Positions 1-13,269 of a stretch of 64,000 bases of DNA are shown here, one piece after another. How positions within the stretch are numbered: position 1 is the stretch's first letter; every line of letters begins with the position of its first letter. The stretch is from Takakia lepidozioides (Eukaryota > Plantae > Bryophyta). The stretch spans positions 25,916,001 to 25,980,000 of the forward strand of contig CM060732.1 of the NCBI GenBank assembly GCA_030704615.1, given 5' to 3'. The notes under the pieces are model-generated. The model ran no database searches. It had not been told where the DNA came from and saw only the letters and a list, made by a program, of their open reading frames with translations. A program made the position numbers and the translations under genes.

Positions 1-588
1 GGCTGAGACAAAAATTACACTCATTATGCTACGCTTGCACTAGCATTCTGGTCACCACTGTGGCCCATGTTACAAGAGGGCAGAGGGGAGAGGGACAACA
101 GGATGGCAGGATGGGCATTGCTGCCACTGCCGAAGGTCGGCTCCAATGTTGGCTGTGATGTACCCTGTGAGGGCTTTGTCCCTGCAGGCTGGTATGGGTA
201 TCCTGCTTACTACACAGCTTGGATTCCAGCTTTAGCCCCTAATCTGCTAGACATGACAAAAGAGGAGATGGAGCCTTGAGGTACTTGGTGAAGAGTCAGG
301 GGAAGGTCCATGCATAAGAAGTCATGACTAATTGCCAGCTGAAAATCATCTTTGTACTGCTTTTGAGATTGGAATGGATTCTTGAGCTGTTACAAACTTC
401 TTTGTATAAATGGTAATCATTGCTCTTCCTAATTGAGAGCAAGCACTAGTTCTCTGAAAATTTGGGGTAGGTGACAAATATCCACAAATCTCAGTTTCTT
501 CGTCATCAAACATGACAAGATTCTTTAAGCAAATAATTCGAGTTCATTTAGGTGGTACAATTTGAAGGAACTGAGAATCTGTTGGCAG

Positions 589-2182
589 TATGACAGCGGG
601 GGCGCAGCAGGCACTTCGCAGGACCATGGAGATCTACTCCAATACCACACGTTTCGCCCTGGCGTGCAATGTGTCATCCAAGATCATAGAGCCCATCCAG
701 AGTCGATGCGCCATTGTTCGCTTTTCCCGGCTCTCAGATAGCGAAATCTTGGACCGCCTTCTCCGGGTTGTTGAAGCAGAAAAGGTCAGGCGCAAAACTG
801 GAAAGCTAGGGTTGTTGCATCTAAGGTGATAGTGGGATAAGAGTGATAGGTAACAAGTTCTTTGCATATCCAGCAGCGATCAGCATAGTGCCTGGTATCA
901 GCTTTGATTTCTGTCCCCCTCAGGAAGCTTATGTGCGCAAAAACCAGTTGCATGCTTTTGTGGGTGGAGTTCATGAGGCCTTACAGTTCGAGCTGACTTG
1001 TATTTCAAAGTCAAAACCACAGTTAGCAAGGGGCCATGTGAAAACTGCCACCAAGCTCGGCGAATCACAATGGGCCTATTCTCTCTTTCTCACATGCCCA
1101 AAGCCTTTCCACTGAGATTGATCTTGTCCTGAGCTTCTTGGGGTTGGGAATTGCTACATGGAAAGGTGCCATATGTGCCAGAGGGGTTGGAGGCAGTGGT
1201 GTTCACAGCGGATGGTGACATGCGACAAGCTCTCAACAACTTACAAGCCACATTCAGTGGGTTCCAATTTCTCAGCCAGGACAACGTTTTCAAGGTGGAA
1301 GTATCACTTGCAACATTGTCTCGACACAATTATGATTGTCTGCTGTGTCGTGCTGTATTCATGAGTGCACGCAAGCTCCCTCTTGTTTCCTTCTATCTAT
1401 ACACATAGGTCTGTACTTGTTTTCTCCTCTCTGCTGACGCTTGTGTCATAGCTCATTAAGCTTTAGGGTCGCTGTGGCAGGTATGTGATCAGCCGCACCC
1501 TCTACTCGTGTTGACCATTGTAAAACATACACTAGCGGGAAACATCGATGATGCATACACAGGACTCAAACAGCTTTATGATCTGGGATACTCTGCATCT
1601 GACATCATCACCACTCTATTTAGAGTGGTCAAGAACTATGATATGGCTGAGTTTCTGAAGTTGGAATATATACGGGTATGTTTGTCTTTGTAACCATTTT
1701 TGTTAAATTGATTTTGGTTAGTGTTGAGGTCTGCTTTATGATGTGGTATTTTTCATTTCTTGATGATGCATTCGAATGAGCATGGAATGACACCCTTGGG
1801 AAAAGGTGTGCAGAATTACGTGTGAAAATGTTAGAGAAATTGAATAGCACTTGTCGAGGACAGGAGTTCAACATATGTTAGGAGCATGTTTCTCCATGAC
1901 GTCCACACCTCAGTTCTTTCTTTTACACGCCACAGGACCACACCCTCAGATCCTTGTAGTTGACCAGGTCACCCATCAATTTTTTGCTTGGAAAGCATGA
2001 TGAGCAGAGGTTGGTGTACATGGAAAACTGGTTCTTTTATGTTATATTGATATCTGAATGGATGTGTGGGGCAGGAAGTGGGTTTTGCGCACATGCGTAT
2101 TGCTGATGGAGTGGGCACGCTTTTGCAGTTGTCAGGGCTTTTAGCCAAGCTTTGCAAGGTTCGAGACAAAGCAAAGACTTAG
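589..2182 (+). CDS. RFC2: Replication factor C small subunit 2 (yeast Rfc4-like), 3' exons only; 5' exons lie upstream of the window
   Basis: Exons ~589-784 ([27 protein letters not shown]...[10 protein letters not shown]), 1166-1294 ([27 protein letters not shown]), 1481-1675 (VCDQPHP...LKLEYIR) and 2075-2182 ([13 protein letters not shown]...KAKT*), with GT-AG boundaries. SRC motif of clamp loaders is present. Confidence 0.93.
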
Positions 2183-3012
2183 AAATTCCCATAGAACCTA
2201 AAATAGGCAGGTTTTCCATCCTCAAGTCTTCCATTGAGGGTCTTTCATATTCTACACCTGAATAAGACAGTGCATACTGAAAAATTGCTGTCACTAGAGA
2301 CATGTTGCACTTGGTACTAGATCGTTTCTTGGACTTACGGGTATCATCTCTGCAGTGCCCTCCCGCCTTTCGGAGCATTTTTGTACTTATAACATGGAGA
2401 ATTGTGGACCTAGTGGCATGTACATCCTTGTTTTTGTTAACTGCACTATATTTCCATGAATTGTAGCAAGCACACAAGTAGCTGCCATGTCTGAGCTTCT
2501 ATCAAACCTAGATGATAAAAATGGTGGCTTGCATGAAACAAGATCAGGACTGCTAGGAAAGTTAATTTACTGCAAGGTATAACAGGGTGAGATGCAAACA
2601 AGTTTGGAAGACAACATGCAAGGATCCAGGTATCTGAATTGCTACTTGAAATTTTAGAAAAGCAGGAGCATCCTGAAAAGCCCTAAAACGACTTTTTTCT
2701 ATTTTCGGTTGGTGTATCTTCTTTTTGGCTTTTCCCGTTAGTAAAAGGCAGCGTTTGCTTTTGTAAACCCTAAAACATGCCTGCGTATTGCGTTGTGCAT
2801 TCTTCTTCATCTTGTTCGTCGTCATCCGAGCTTTCTTCTTCGGACGCTGAAGGATCGCTTTGCTGGTGTTCGACTCGTGGGTTTGGGTCTCGCAGTTTTT
2901 CTCTTTCAAAAGAGTCTTGTGGGTTTTTGAGTCTTGCAGTCTGTTCTGCTAGAAAAGCTTGTCTTCCCTTCTCTTCTGCCCAGTGGGCGTGGGTTAGAAG
3001 TGTATCGACAAG

Positions 3013-3792
3013 ATGCCGGCCACGGCAGGGCGCGTGCGGATGCCCGCTAACAACCGGGTGCATAGTAGTGCGGCTCTTCAGACTCATGGTATCTGGCAGA
3101 GTGCAATAGGGTATGATCCATATGCCCCCGACCAGAAGCATCGATCTGACGACCGGGCACCAGACTCTGCAGTTGGAGGTGCTGCATCGGCCACTGATGA
3201 GCAAAACGCATATGACAGCTTTCAAGGCCTTCTTGCCTTGGCTCGTCTTACAGGGTCTAATGCTGACGAGGCAAGGGGGGCTTGCAAAAAGTGTGGAAGA
3301 GTAGGCCATCTCACCTTTCAGTGCCGCAACTTTCTTACTGCCAAAGAGGAGGCAGCGGCAGCAGCAGCAGCAGCTGTGGCTTTGGAGCGAGAGAGGGGCA
3401 GTGGCAAAGGCAAAGATCACGACGGTGCAGGCACGCTACCGAATGGGGAGAGTTCGGAGGAGGAAAGCGAGATTTCAGATAGCGATGAAGACTCTGAAAT
3501 GGAGAGGGCACTTGCCAGGCTTGGCAACAAGACGAAGAGTAGCAGAGTGAGAGTGCGGGAAAGAGAGAGGTCTGAGTCCCCCAAGCGTAAGAAGTCCAAA
3601 TCTTCATCATCGAAATCGTCGAAGAAGAGACGGGAGGTATCTTCAGACGTCAGTGATGATGACAGGTCTGACCGCAAGAAGTATTCGAGAAAGAGACACA
3701 AATCCAGCAGGAGACACAAGGATGTGTCGGAGTCCGACAGACCAGGTAAGGAGAGCAGGCGGAGCAAGCATCACCACCACTCACGTCGATGA
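3013..3792 (+). CDS. CXIP4: CAX-interacting protein 4-like zinc-knuckle protein with K/R/S-rich tail (intronless CDS)
   Basis: Conserved N-terminus MPATAGRVRMPANNRVHSSAALQTHGIWQSAIGYDPY, CCHC knuckle CKKCGRVGHLTFQC, acidic then RS/K-rich C-terminus. Confidence 0.9.
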   Translation: MPATAGRVRMPANNRVHSSAALQTHGIWQSAIGYDPYAPDQKHRSDDRAPDSAVGGAASATDEQNAYDSFQGLLALARLTGSNADEARGACKKCGRVGHLTFQCRNFLTAKEEAAAAAAAAVALERERGSGKGKDHDGAGTLPNGESSEEESEISDSDEDSEMERALARLGNKTKSSRVRVRERERSESPKRKKSKSSSSKSSKKRREVSSDVSDDDRSDRKKYSRKRHKSSRRHKDVSESDRPGKESRRSKHHHHSRR

Positions 3793-6700
3793 GTGGAAGA
3801 CATTTGAACCCAATAGGAGGTTGCCTAGAGTGTATCTTTGTTCATTCTTACGAGATCTCTGGTCCATCTGCAACTGTATGATATAACTCAAACATCGTTT
3901 GTTCGAGTATGAGGCAGATTGCACTGTCAGTGTTGAGAGCATTTTGATATTGATCATTTAGGGTTGGAAAACGACCATCAATGTACTTTTACTTCTAATC
4001 AAAGAAATTTCATCTGTTCACATTATCTTTGTGACCTTAGAGTGAATTTCAAAGAAATGCTTTCCGTGATTGAATGCCACAGTAGTCAGCTTTCTGTGAG
4101 CTTACCATGGTCATGATCACTGTTGGATATGATTATCAAACAGAAGCAGTGAAGTTTTAGAAACCTAAACCTGATTGCAGAGTGTTCTGCAATGATTCCA
4201 TCGATAGGCAGGAGGAAAATTGTAATGGGAGTGAAAGTTTTCCAGCAAGAAAGGCTTAACAAGGGAAGCCCCCCAAAGTGGAAGAAGACTGGGTACTGTT
4301 AGGGGATCATCGAGCACCTCGGTACTTGAAATACTAAATTTTTTCCTAACCAGCAGAAGAATGGTTCCTCTCTGAACCCACCAGGGTTACAAATGGGAGA
4401 TTCAGCTCCCCATTCAAAGGACCGGATTTGTTACAGAAGGAAGAGTGCACAATCTGCTGGACTCCACATTTCTGAATTCCAACTTGGCTGCAAGTCAAGA
4501 TGTAAAGTTGAAGCATCTCTTCACCGAGGGGAAAATCTGATGTTCCGGCTGCCCCAATACGCAAGGAATAGCAGGGAGTTTCATCTGCTCAACCTATAAC
4601 GCAAGATAAGAAAACTCTAGAAGGCCAAATACTTTATAGCACCAGGTTGCAAGTTTTTAGTGATGACCGAATTTCTCATTTGCTCTATATTCTGTGGCAA
4701 GGTGGTCCATTAATTTGTTTGGGTTGGGCACCTTCATGGCACAGCATCATGGTTACTTGTGAAACTCTCAGAAAGAAAGAGAGCCTTGAAGATAGTGTTG
4801 AACTAATTAATCTTTGTTTGGTCTCTTGTTTGTAGATGTTTCTAGAGGATTACATGCTCAGTGTTGACTGTTTGTCTCAGGTGCACGAAAGGAAGGGTAA
4901 TAATGATTGCTATTCTTTGCATCAATGCTGGTCCACCAGAATTTCTCACACCTCCATCTGGGCAACTATCCAGTCTTTGTTCCGTGGACACTCTATATAT
5001 CCTTTCCCAAACAGCAGCCATTTTTCCCAATCGGGCTGTCTTCCTGAACGTTCTCTAAGCCATTGCTGATGGCTTCTGATTTCCACTATCTGTGGAAGAG
5101 GTAGCAAAACCAAAGGGTTGTTACTTTTTAAAACTTGCCAGACTTTCTTGGTTCTGATGCAATGAGTAGCACTACCAGCACCAAACTGTTGGCTGTGTTC
5201 ATAGATCACTGGTACTTTGATTGCTACTTGCAAATCTGCACACTGATCCTGATGGACCAAGCATCTGAGATGATCGTTGAGTGCAGTAGTAAAACATCAG
5301 TAGCTGCTGGAAGTTCAACAAGGCCTGACACACACTTAGGCCTGACACGTGTGTAGGTAAGCCTACGGGAGAGACGAACTAATTAAAGATTCTATTTGGA
5401 TCACCTTAGGCCTATCTGAATGATTGGAAGCATTTATGTATTTATCTATATTGGGTATGCTTTAGAATGTTTTAGAATTAATATGTATTTGATTTTTTTT
5501 TAATTAATTGGGATCATGTGCCCACTGCCCAAGTGGACCCACTCAAGATTTAAGGTACTTAGTACTTTAGACTACCAACCAAGACCCAAGACCAACCTAT
5601 GGACGAATTTGCTTCAAATTGTTTCAAACATTGGTCCCTACATGCATGTAATAGATTTATATTTGGATGAGTATTTGGTATATATTTGGACCACATACAG
5701 ACCAAGTACATATTCACCTCGGATCCTTTATAAAATCGGTGTACAAGCATATGGCGTTGTAATGGTATGTAACAAATGCATCGAATACATGCAAGCCCTG
5801 CAGATTGTAGTATAAATTGGTTGTAAATTTTTGACATAATCTAGAAGTTTGATTGCTAAGTAAATGGATTTGTGGTCGTCAATATGCTTCTTTTGTTCCA
5901 GACAAACAATGTTATGTAGGTGAATTAATCCATATATGATCTAATTGAGAGTTATAATCTGTCGTAGGTTCATTGAATGTAAGATTAAAGTTGTAGTTTT
6001 TCATGAATGACTGAAGTGAGTCAGATTTTGAGTCTGTTGGGTTTGTGAAGAATAATATTTAAATCTCCAATAAAAATCGTTGGACAATTTTTCGGTGCTC
6101 GATCATATAATTATGCAAGGGCTCTTCATGAAAGTTAGTGATAGTCAACAGATTCATATGCAAAATACGTTGGAGCTCCAGTCGAATAGTAATGCAAAAT
6201 GCAAAATTTAAAAAAACAAAAATCTCTAAAAAAGACTCAATGCTCCCATTAGATATGGAAATGTCTAGTACTTGACAGCATATACAATGCCCAGAGTTAC
6301 TCTTTTCTTAAATGCGTAGAATTTCGTGTGCAAAACAATTACAAACAGTATCACATTGAATACAAGAAGTGTTGGTTTGGGAGTCCAACTCATTAAAGCA
6401 CTATGATGGTAATATATATGTTTAGATTTGCTGATGAAAGCATATTCCTTACTCCAATACATACCTAATTCCAATTTGTAATCAAAAGTTTCGTTGGCGA
6501 AAACATGTGTCACAAAATTTTAGCTGACAAATGTTTAGATGGGAATCCGACAACGTAATCGAGAAAGTTAAGAAGATATTTTGCATATAAAAGAAGGATG
6601 TGGGTTGTATGAATGTCTCTAATTCCCAAAGACACCATTGTATACTATGAAGAAAACAAATTCATACGTGAGAACAATACCCAATTAACCCCGAACAATT

Positions 6701-9345
6701 AGTGACTTATTTTGTATTACAGTTGCGGCCCATTGCATTTAGTTGGTATATTGCATGCAAAACAAGTTTTGAGGGAGTGCAATATCTCCCCTTCATATCC
6801 AAATCAATGATCACCCCTCTAGAAAACCAGTTTCATTTACAAAAACCATATCCATGTCACCCCAAACTATAATTGACATAGCTTTAAAAGTATATGATTA
6901 ACACAACCCACATAGTTAATCGGGTATTTCGACTATAAAAAGGGTTAAAACACTATGAAGTGTTTTGTCCTCGGTCGATCAGTCCTCTAGATGGAATATG
7001 TTCATTCAATTTGGCACGATCGGATTCAGTCTGATGAGATTTCAATTAGAAGGGGGTCTGTTGTGTCATAAGCGTCATGCCACATTAACATACATCGCTG
7101 TCGAACCACGTTTCCTTGCATATGCTCTTAGACATTTATGCAACAATCGCCCCTTTAGTAAGGCATCCCCTCTGCTTGAGCCCAAAGACTACGAGATATC
7201 ATGCAGCTCTCTCACTTTTTCAGCGCATAGCAGTATCAAGGTAGATGGCTGAAGTACCACTGCTAGTTACAGAAACCATGAGTTGCAGCACCGAGCAAGA
7301 TCCTCTGATGCGCCATGGAGAACATCAACTGACATCTTGCGATGTCGAAGGTGCTAAAGACTCTTCATGAAGTCTTGCTATGAGAATGCGGTAGGTGGTG
7401 AGGGGCGTTTCATCTCCATGGGGATGACCTGCTGGGCCCACGCATCAATGGGGGGTAGCTGACACTCTTTCAAGTGGATCCCATTCTTCTAAATGTTGTC
7501 CTTTAATGTGGTGGTCCCAATTGTCCATCTTCACCAGGCTGGCATAGCCCCCCCTTTTGCACCAAAACAGAATTTGTAAGTTCACATATGGAAACAAAAA
7601 CCAAAACCAAAACAATTCTAGCAACACTGGTGGGATTTCACAAGCTTTTGATTCAGAAGTGTGGTCCATAGCTACACCTTATTGCATGCTTTACAATTCA
7701 CTTTTGCTTTGAAAGCAGACATGTTATGGGTATAAACAAGATGATCTCTAGATTCACATCGAGCAAATGGGGGAAGCATTCAATCATAACTTTGCAATTT
7801 CATGTAGACCACGTGTGACTTGGAAGTTTCAAATAATCAGAAGTCCAAAACACTATATTGAAATCAGCCCATATACCACCTTGTTGAGCACTGGTGGACA
7901 TTTTATTGAAGTATACTTCTTCTGAGTGTACTCCGTATAATAAATGCAGGAATTTAGGAGCATGTTCTCTAATTGAGTAATTAGCCACACGAGGATGGTT
8001 TGAATTCAAAACTTCCTTTAAATGTTGAACGACAATTATCGCACTGTTAGCGAAGACAATCTAGTTTTTTTTAGGTACACAATTGTGCGGAAAAAACAAT
8101 CGTATGCCCCCAAGGCAGGGGAATATAATGGTGTAGCATGGCTCATACAGCTCTTGTTGATTTCCAGCAAGCTGAATCATCTAAGCCTAAGGAGCCCGGT
8201 TGCAGGTATGGACGTGACGCCGCAGTAACACGTCAGCGTCGGCTTCACGTCGCGTCCATAAGAAGACATTCATCGCGGTAATTTTTTTATTTTTTATTTT
8301 TTACCTTCTTTTGCCACATTGGCGACAGCGAGGACGAAGGTGACCGGCCAGGTCACGGCTTGTCGAGGCGACCATGCAAGCGCCGGTCGCCGGTCGCCGG
8401 GCGGGATGGGGCGCCAGCCCGGACGACCGCCACGTCAGCCATGTGGGCGACCACCACATTGCGCTGGTGGCCGCCACGTGGTGGACATCTTCCGGAAGGC
8501 ACTTGGGTGACCGCTTTTGAGCGGTCGCCCATATAGGGGGGAAGGAGGCCATTCTTGGCTCTCACTTTCACTCTTCCCCTTTAGCTCTGTGGGTGTGGGA
8601 TGCTTTGCATTCTGCCGAGCGGAGTTAGAGGAAGATGGAAGCCATTGACACGGAGGAGGAGGTTTTGTCTCCGATTTTTATAAAATTGTGGGCTTTTTCC
8701 TACCCCCGCATCCCATCTTTGGCTTCCAAACCCATTTTCTCAATTCATTAGGTGGGGACTAAATAGATCTTTGTGTATTTTGGATTTGGGCCCCCCTTGT
8801 GGTGTGTTACATTTTACTGTGATTTTGCTGAAATTGATGAGTTTCGGTCAAACGAGGTGACTGGAGCATGTACACTAGGTCTTTACATCATATAGAAATA
8901 AAGGAGAGTTGTGTAAAGGCTATATAATATTACGAACGTTATAAAAATGACGGAGGAGGGGGGGCAACGGCGTAGGCACCGAGAGGAGGCGGTCGAACCA
9001 GGCCTCGCAGGGAAGAGAGGTGCCAAAGGGAAGAAACAAGACCTCAATTGGGACGTTTACGATAGGCCGGAAATTCAAGCGGCCGATGGATATGATGCTT
9101 TCCGGAGAACAAACTGTGGACTATGGGGATGTGTAAAAAATTCGTGAAAATGTGTCACTTAACCGTTTGTGGCCCAGGCCAAGGCATCAGATACACACTC
9201 GGAACAATTGCTGCGACGCCCCAACTTGCACAAATGCACATTTTTGCCAGAGGGCCGAAGATGTATACAAGACATTGTGGGGACAACCAAAGTTGTACCG
9301 AAACTCCATACCATATACATTGGCAGCCGTGGTGTATGTTGAGTT

Positions 9346-11215
9346 TTGCATAGGCGTGTGGATTGGCAGACAGCCACAAAACGAAAAGGAATGAAGCAGT
9401 ACACCCTTAGCGACATCCTCGACACATATGAGCCCCAGCCCCAAAGCAAGTTGAATGCAGCTACAGCAACAGTAGCACTACCATCACCCCAACGCGAGTT
9501 GAATGCACCTGCAGCAACAATAGCACTGCTATTGTCCCAATCCGTATTGAATGCACCCGAAGCAACTGCAGCACAGTCTTTGTTGGAAAACGAATTGCAA
9601 GCCAAAGACCGACGTATCGCGGAGTTGGAGGACATGGTGAATAGGCAAAGGCGTCAAATAGAGGAATTGGATAGACAGTCCTCAATATTGGTCGACGATG
9701 TCATTGCACAAATAACTTATAATATTCCCAGCCCGCCCCGGTCGTCATTTGCTGTTGCACAGGATGCAAGGCTTGAATGTGAACAGAGGACAAAAGGCAA
9801 GGACCCTATGGTGGTGAGGGGTGAGTGTTCGGGAACAACTATTCAATCCGACACAACAATTGTTGTGGAAAATCTCATTAAGAAACGTGATACCACAAGG
9901 GTGACTGCAAATCGGCTGGCCAGGGTAGTACACCTCAAAAGGTTCGTGCCACGTGAAGAGATGTGGACGGAGTGGGTCATGTGGGCGAGAACTTTGGCAT
10001 CAGAAGAGGTTCAGAAAGAACATGCACTATATCGACTACAACAAGCTGCACGGATGTCAGATCGTGTTGTGCAGAACATTTATGCAAACATGCAGCGCTA
10101 TGAGGCATTTGCCACTAACCGAGAAAAAGAAAATGATGAAGAAAGAAAGAAACGTGAAGGCCAAGACGTATCCGCCGCATTTGCCACCCATACATCCGAG
10201 TTTGACTCATTTCACGGTGTGGGATGATTTACATGGCATGTTTGACCGTTGTGAACATAGAGTTGGTGGAGGCAATGAGAGCATAATTTGGGAATTTGAA
10301 ATGGAGGAGGAGTGGGATACTAGTGAGACACAAATGTCATCTCACTTGTTCGACAACAAGCGAGTGGAGTGCTCACGTCCTCCAATACCATCATGGATCA
10401 AAGATGGCTCGTGTTGTCCAGTTTGCCTTAATCCATATGGTCCGGAGGGTGCATACTTGTTGGGAAGTTGTGGACATATGTTTCACATAACTTGTTTGAA
10501 GTCGGTGGCTCTGATAAGCAACACATGTCTGTCATGTCGTGCGCCAATACACCGACGTTACTATGAGCTATTTGGGTTGGAGGATGTGATGCCCATAGGG
10601 TATGAGCTCAATCGACACAATTTCCCTTTGAACCAGGAACCTCACAATTTTTTGAACGGCAAACACTAGGGGAAGACGTTGGCATGGAATGCCGATACGA
10701 GGATGTATGGCATGATATCCGATCGAACGTTCGATATCAATGAGTTTTGGATGACATCTAATTGGGAAATCACAAAACGTGCTCGTTGCATAGAAGATCC
10801 AGATCAACGGGAGTTGTTTTGTCGAAACCTTGGAGGACATAGGGGAATAAGAAGCAAGAGGTTTTTTTGGTTGCCCGAGAACCCACCAAACGGAGTGAAC
10901 CTTTCCTCATACAATGGTAATCCGATTGGCCGGCATCTGCTGCTACATAGCCTTGAGCGTGTTGCCAAATCATGGATCCGAATGAACGACACAATGACGG
11001 AACGCAAAGAGCGGCGGCTGCGTTGCAATCCCGCATATGAGGATGCGGATGAAAAGAAAATCAACAGATATGCCAAGGCCATTAGGCAAGTCGTTAGAAC
11101 GTGGCAAATGAGTCTAGAAAGCGTGTTAGTGGGTGTGAAATCCATTGATCTCCCAAATGTCCAGGACCTTGTAGCTACCTTGGAGGCCGCTAAAATTGTC
11201 GCCAACAATGTTTAA
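9346..11215 (+). pseudogene. Disrupted ORF of unknown family with coiled-coil region and RING-H2 finger; probably transposon-borne
   Basis: Three consecutive ORFs (9346-10227, 9953-10669, 10679-11215) joined by one frameshift and one in-frame stop. RING-H2 pattern CPVC...CGHMFHITC...CLSC at ~10415-10540. Three 16-aa (48-bp) repeats LNAxxAT at ~9451-9590. Confidence 0.55.
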
Positions 11216-12313
11216 CTCGCCGCCTCGTTGCCTCCAAAATGATAGTCAGCAGAGTGACAATCAATACTCCCCGGAGTCACTCCGCATGATGGCAAGGGTG
11301 GACGAGGAACGTGTTAGGCTCGGGCCACCACCTCGCACTCGATACCAGACCTGAGCTCACTTGTGCATTCATCCGGACGCCGCTTCTACACACTCAGCGT
11401 TGTCATCAACCCCACGTCCGGCGATGCCATCTGCAACTTCAGGGAGTGAAACACAAGAGACTATAGATTTATCCGAATAGCCTCGCTCTTACATATTAGT
11501 AATTACAACTATGAATAGATCTTTTTGTCGATGATATTATTCCTATAACTTCTAATAGCTTTGTAAAATTTCAACATAGCATTTCATGCCCGAATTTTGA
11601 AGCATTGCCCATGAGGCATGTCTTTCGTGATTTGACTATGGCGCCCAATGCTTGTGGATGACCTTGAAACACTCTTACTCATTATTCTGGAATTTTCAAT
11701 TTGAATTTTGCATGGACCACGGTTGTACGTCATATTTGTTGAACTGAATAACTGTTAACTAGAATAATTTTGATTGACCTGATAGGGATTTAATGTAGAA
11801 CTTCATAGTGTCGATGAGTAAGTTATAACTTATTAACAAGTCCACCGTTGTTGTCAAGTTGCGGTTTGGAATTTTAATCAAGTCCAACGGCATACATGAA
11901 TATTTCATAGGGATACTCAATTTCAGAGTGAATAGTTCTCAATACAATGCATGCCAAAATGTGAATATTGCGCGGTCTACTCTGCTGGACAACCGCGGTT
12001 GTTGTATATCCCATCTTGTTCGTCATTGATCCAGCATCATTTGGCATTATTGATATTATTTTATATGAACATCATGGTGCATGCACATTCCACTTTGCAT
12101 ACATTCATAGTTTCATAATTATATAAATGCAAGTTCCGAACCAATTTCATATTTCATACGAAAGCAAACGGGGCTACATGTATTCCAATAGTTTAGTGGA
12201 CCGCGACATATTCACCGCCTGAGGCCTATACAGCAAGTGACGATGCCGGTAATTCTACTAGTTTGGATAGCTCCCAAGCGGGAGATGATGCAGAGGGCAA
12301 TGATGCAGAGGGC

Positions 12314-13010
12314 TGTCGTGCGCATACATATCGCTACACAACTACATCGCTGTCCAAAAACACACAACACATGTGCACACCACACACTAGTATACCACTA
12401 GTCCACCACTAGTCCAGCCACTAGTCCAACCACTAGGCTACAACTAGTCAGTCACTAGGCTGCCACTATGCTGCCCACTATGGCAGTCACTAGTCCACAC
12501 AATGATAAAGAAGAAGAATACAAGCACGAGCTCACAAATCTGAAGCATAAACTCATGCATATATAACCTCATCACTCAAATACAAGTTAAGCCAAGTGCA
12601 CCCCACGCCATGGGGAATCCACACTACGGCGCCATAGCTAGGCGCGGTGAGGCTCAACTCGAGAAAGATGAGCCTTCCGCGCTTGTCGTGAAGATAACCA
12701 CTCCAGGGCCTAAATCTGTCTTGACCCCTGGATTAACACTTGGGCCAATCCCAAATGTCAATATGTAAAAGCTAGCTATTTCTTAGCTAGTTTCACACTA
12801 GTGGTAAAATAACTTGACAGCTGTCGTGCGCATACATATCGCTACACAACTACATCGCTGTCCAAAACCACACAACACATGTGCACACCACACACTAGTA
12901 TACCACTAGTCCACCACTAGTCCAACCACTAGTCCAACCACTAGGCTACAACTAGTCAGTCACTAGGCTGCCACTATGCTGCCCACTATGGCAGTCACTA
13001 GTCCACACAA
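12314..13010 (+). repeat. Left terminal repeat complex: A1 (12314-12502), B1 (12503-12656), C1 (12657-12819), GC spacer, A2 (12822-13010)
   Basis: A1 and A2 are 189-bp direct repeats with 2 mismatches by manual comparison. B1 and C1 recur at the right end. Confidence 0.92.
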
Positions 13011-13269
13011 TTGCCCCCCTAGCTGGTGCTTAGGTCCCTCTAAGTCCAAGTAGCCACAAGATGTGATAGTGACCATAGCCTCACTAAGTCCTCCACCACT
13101 ATCCCTACTACACTCAAACTCGATAGACCAAGAGGCCGGGTGCAAGAGTTGCCCCATCGTTAGTCGCCGTCTTGCAACCTGTGAACTTGAGCTTGGGATC
13201 TCATGTATTGACTTTTATGAGCTTGGCCTCCCATGTCTTCTTAGCTGCCTCCAGTCATGTCCACTGCCA

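Noticed and set aside
2770-3767. Antisense ORFs of 216 and 116 aa
   Set aside because: Shadows of the low-complexity CXIP4 CDS.
4346-5356. Possible degenerate LRR-like pseudogene on the minus strand
   Set aside because: Only vague Leu/Cys spacing with many stops; not supportable without a search.
7290-7560. Possible transposase N-terminal fragment (TTTLKDNI...FMKSL)
   Set aside because: Too degenerate, and its position is inconsistent with belonging to the hAT fragment at 20.7-21.2 kb.
12385-13004. Regular short repeats resembling a CRISPR array
   Set aside because: Period is 10-12 bp with no unique spacers, there are no cas genes, and the context is a eukaryotic retroelement terminus.
12314-13010. 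A2...A1 read as an independent TRIM with 189-bp LTRs
   Set aside because: No PBS, and the sequence before A1 on the coding strand is pyrimidine-rich rather than a PPT. The TSD spans the whole 12314-19840 unit.
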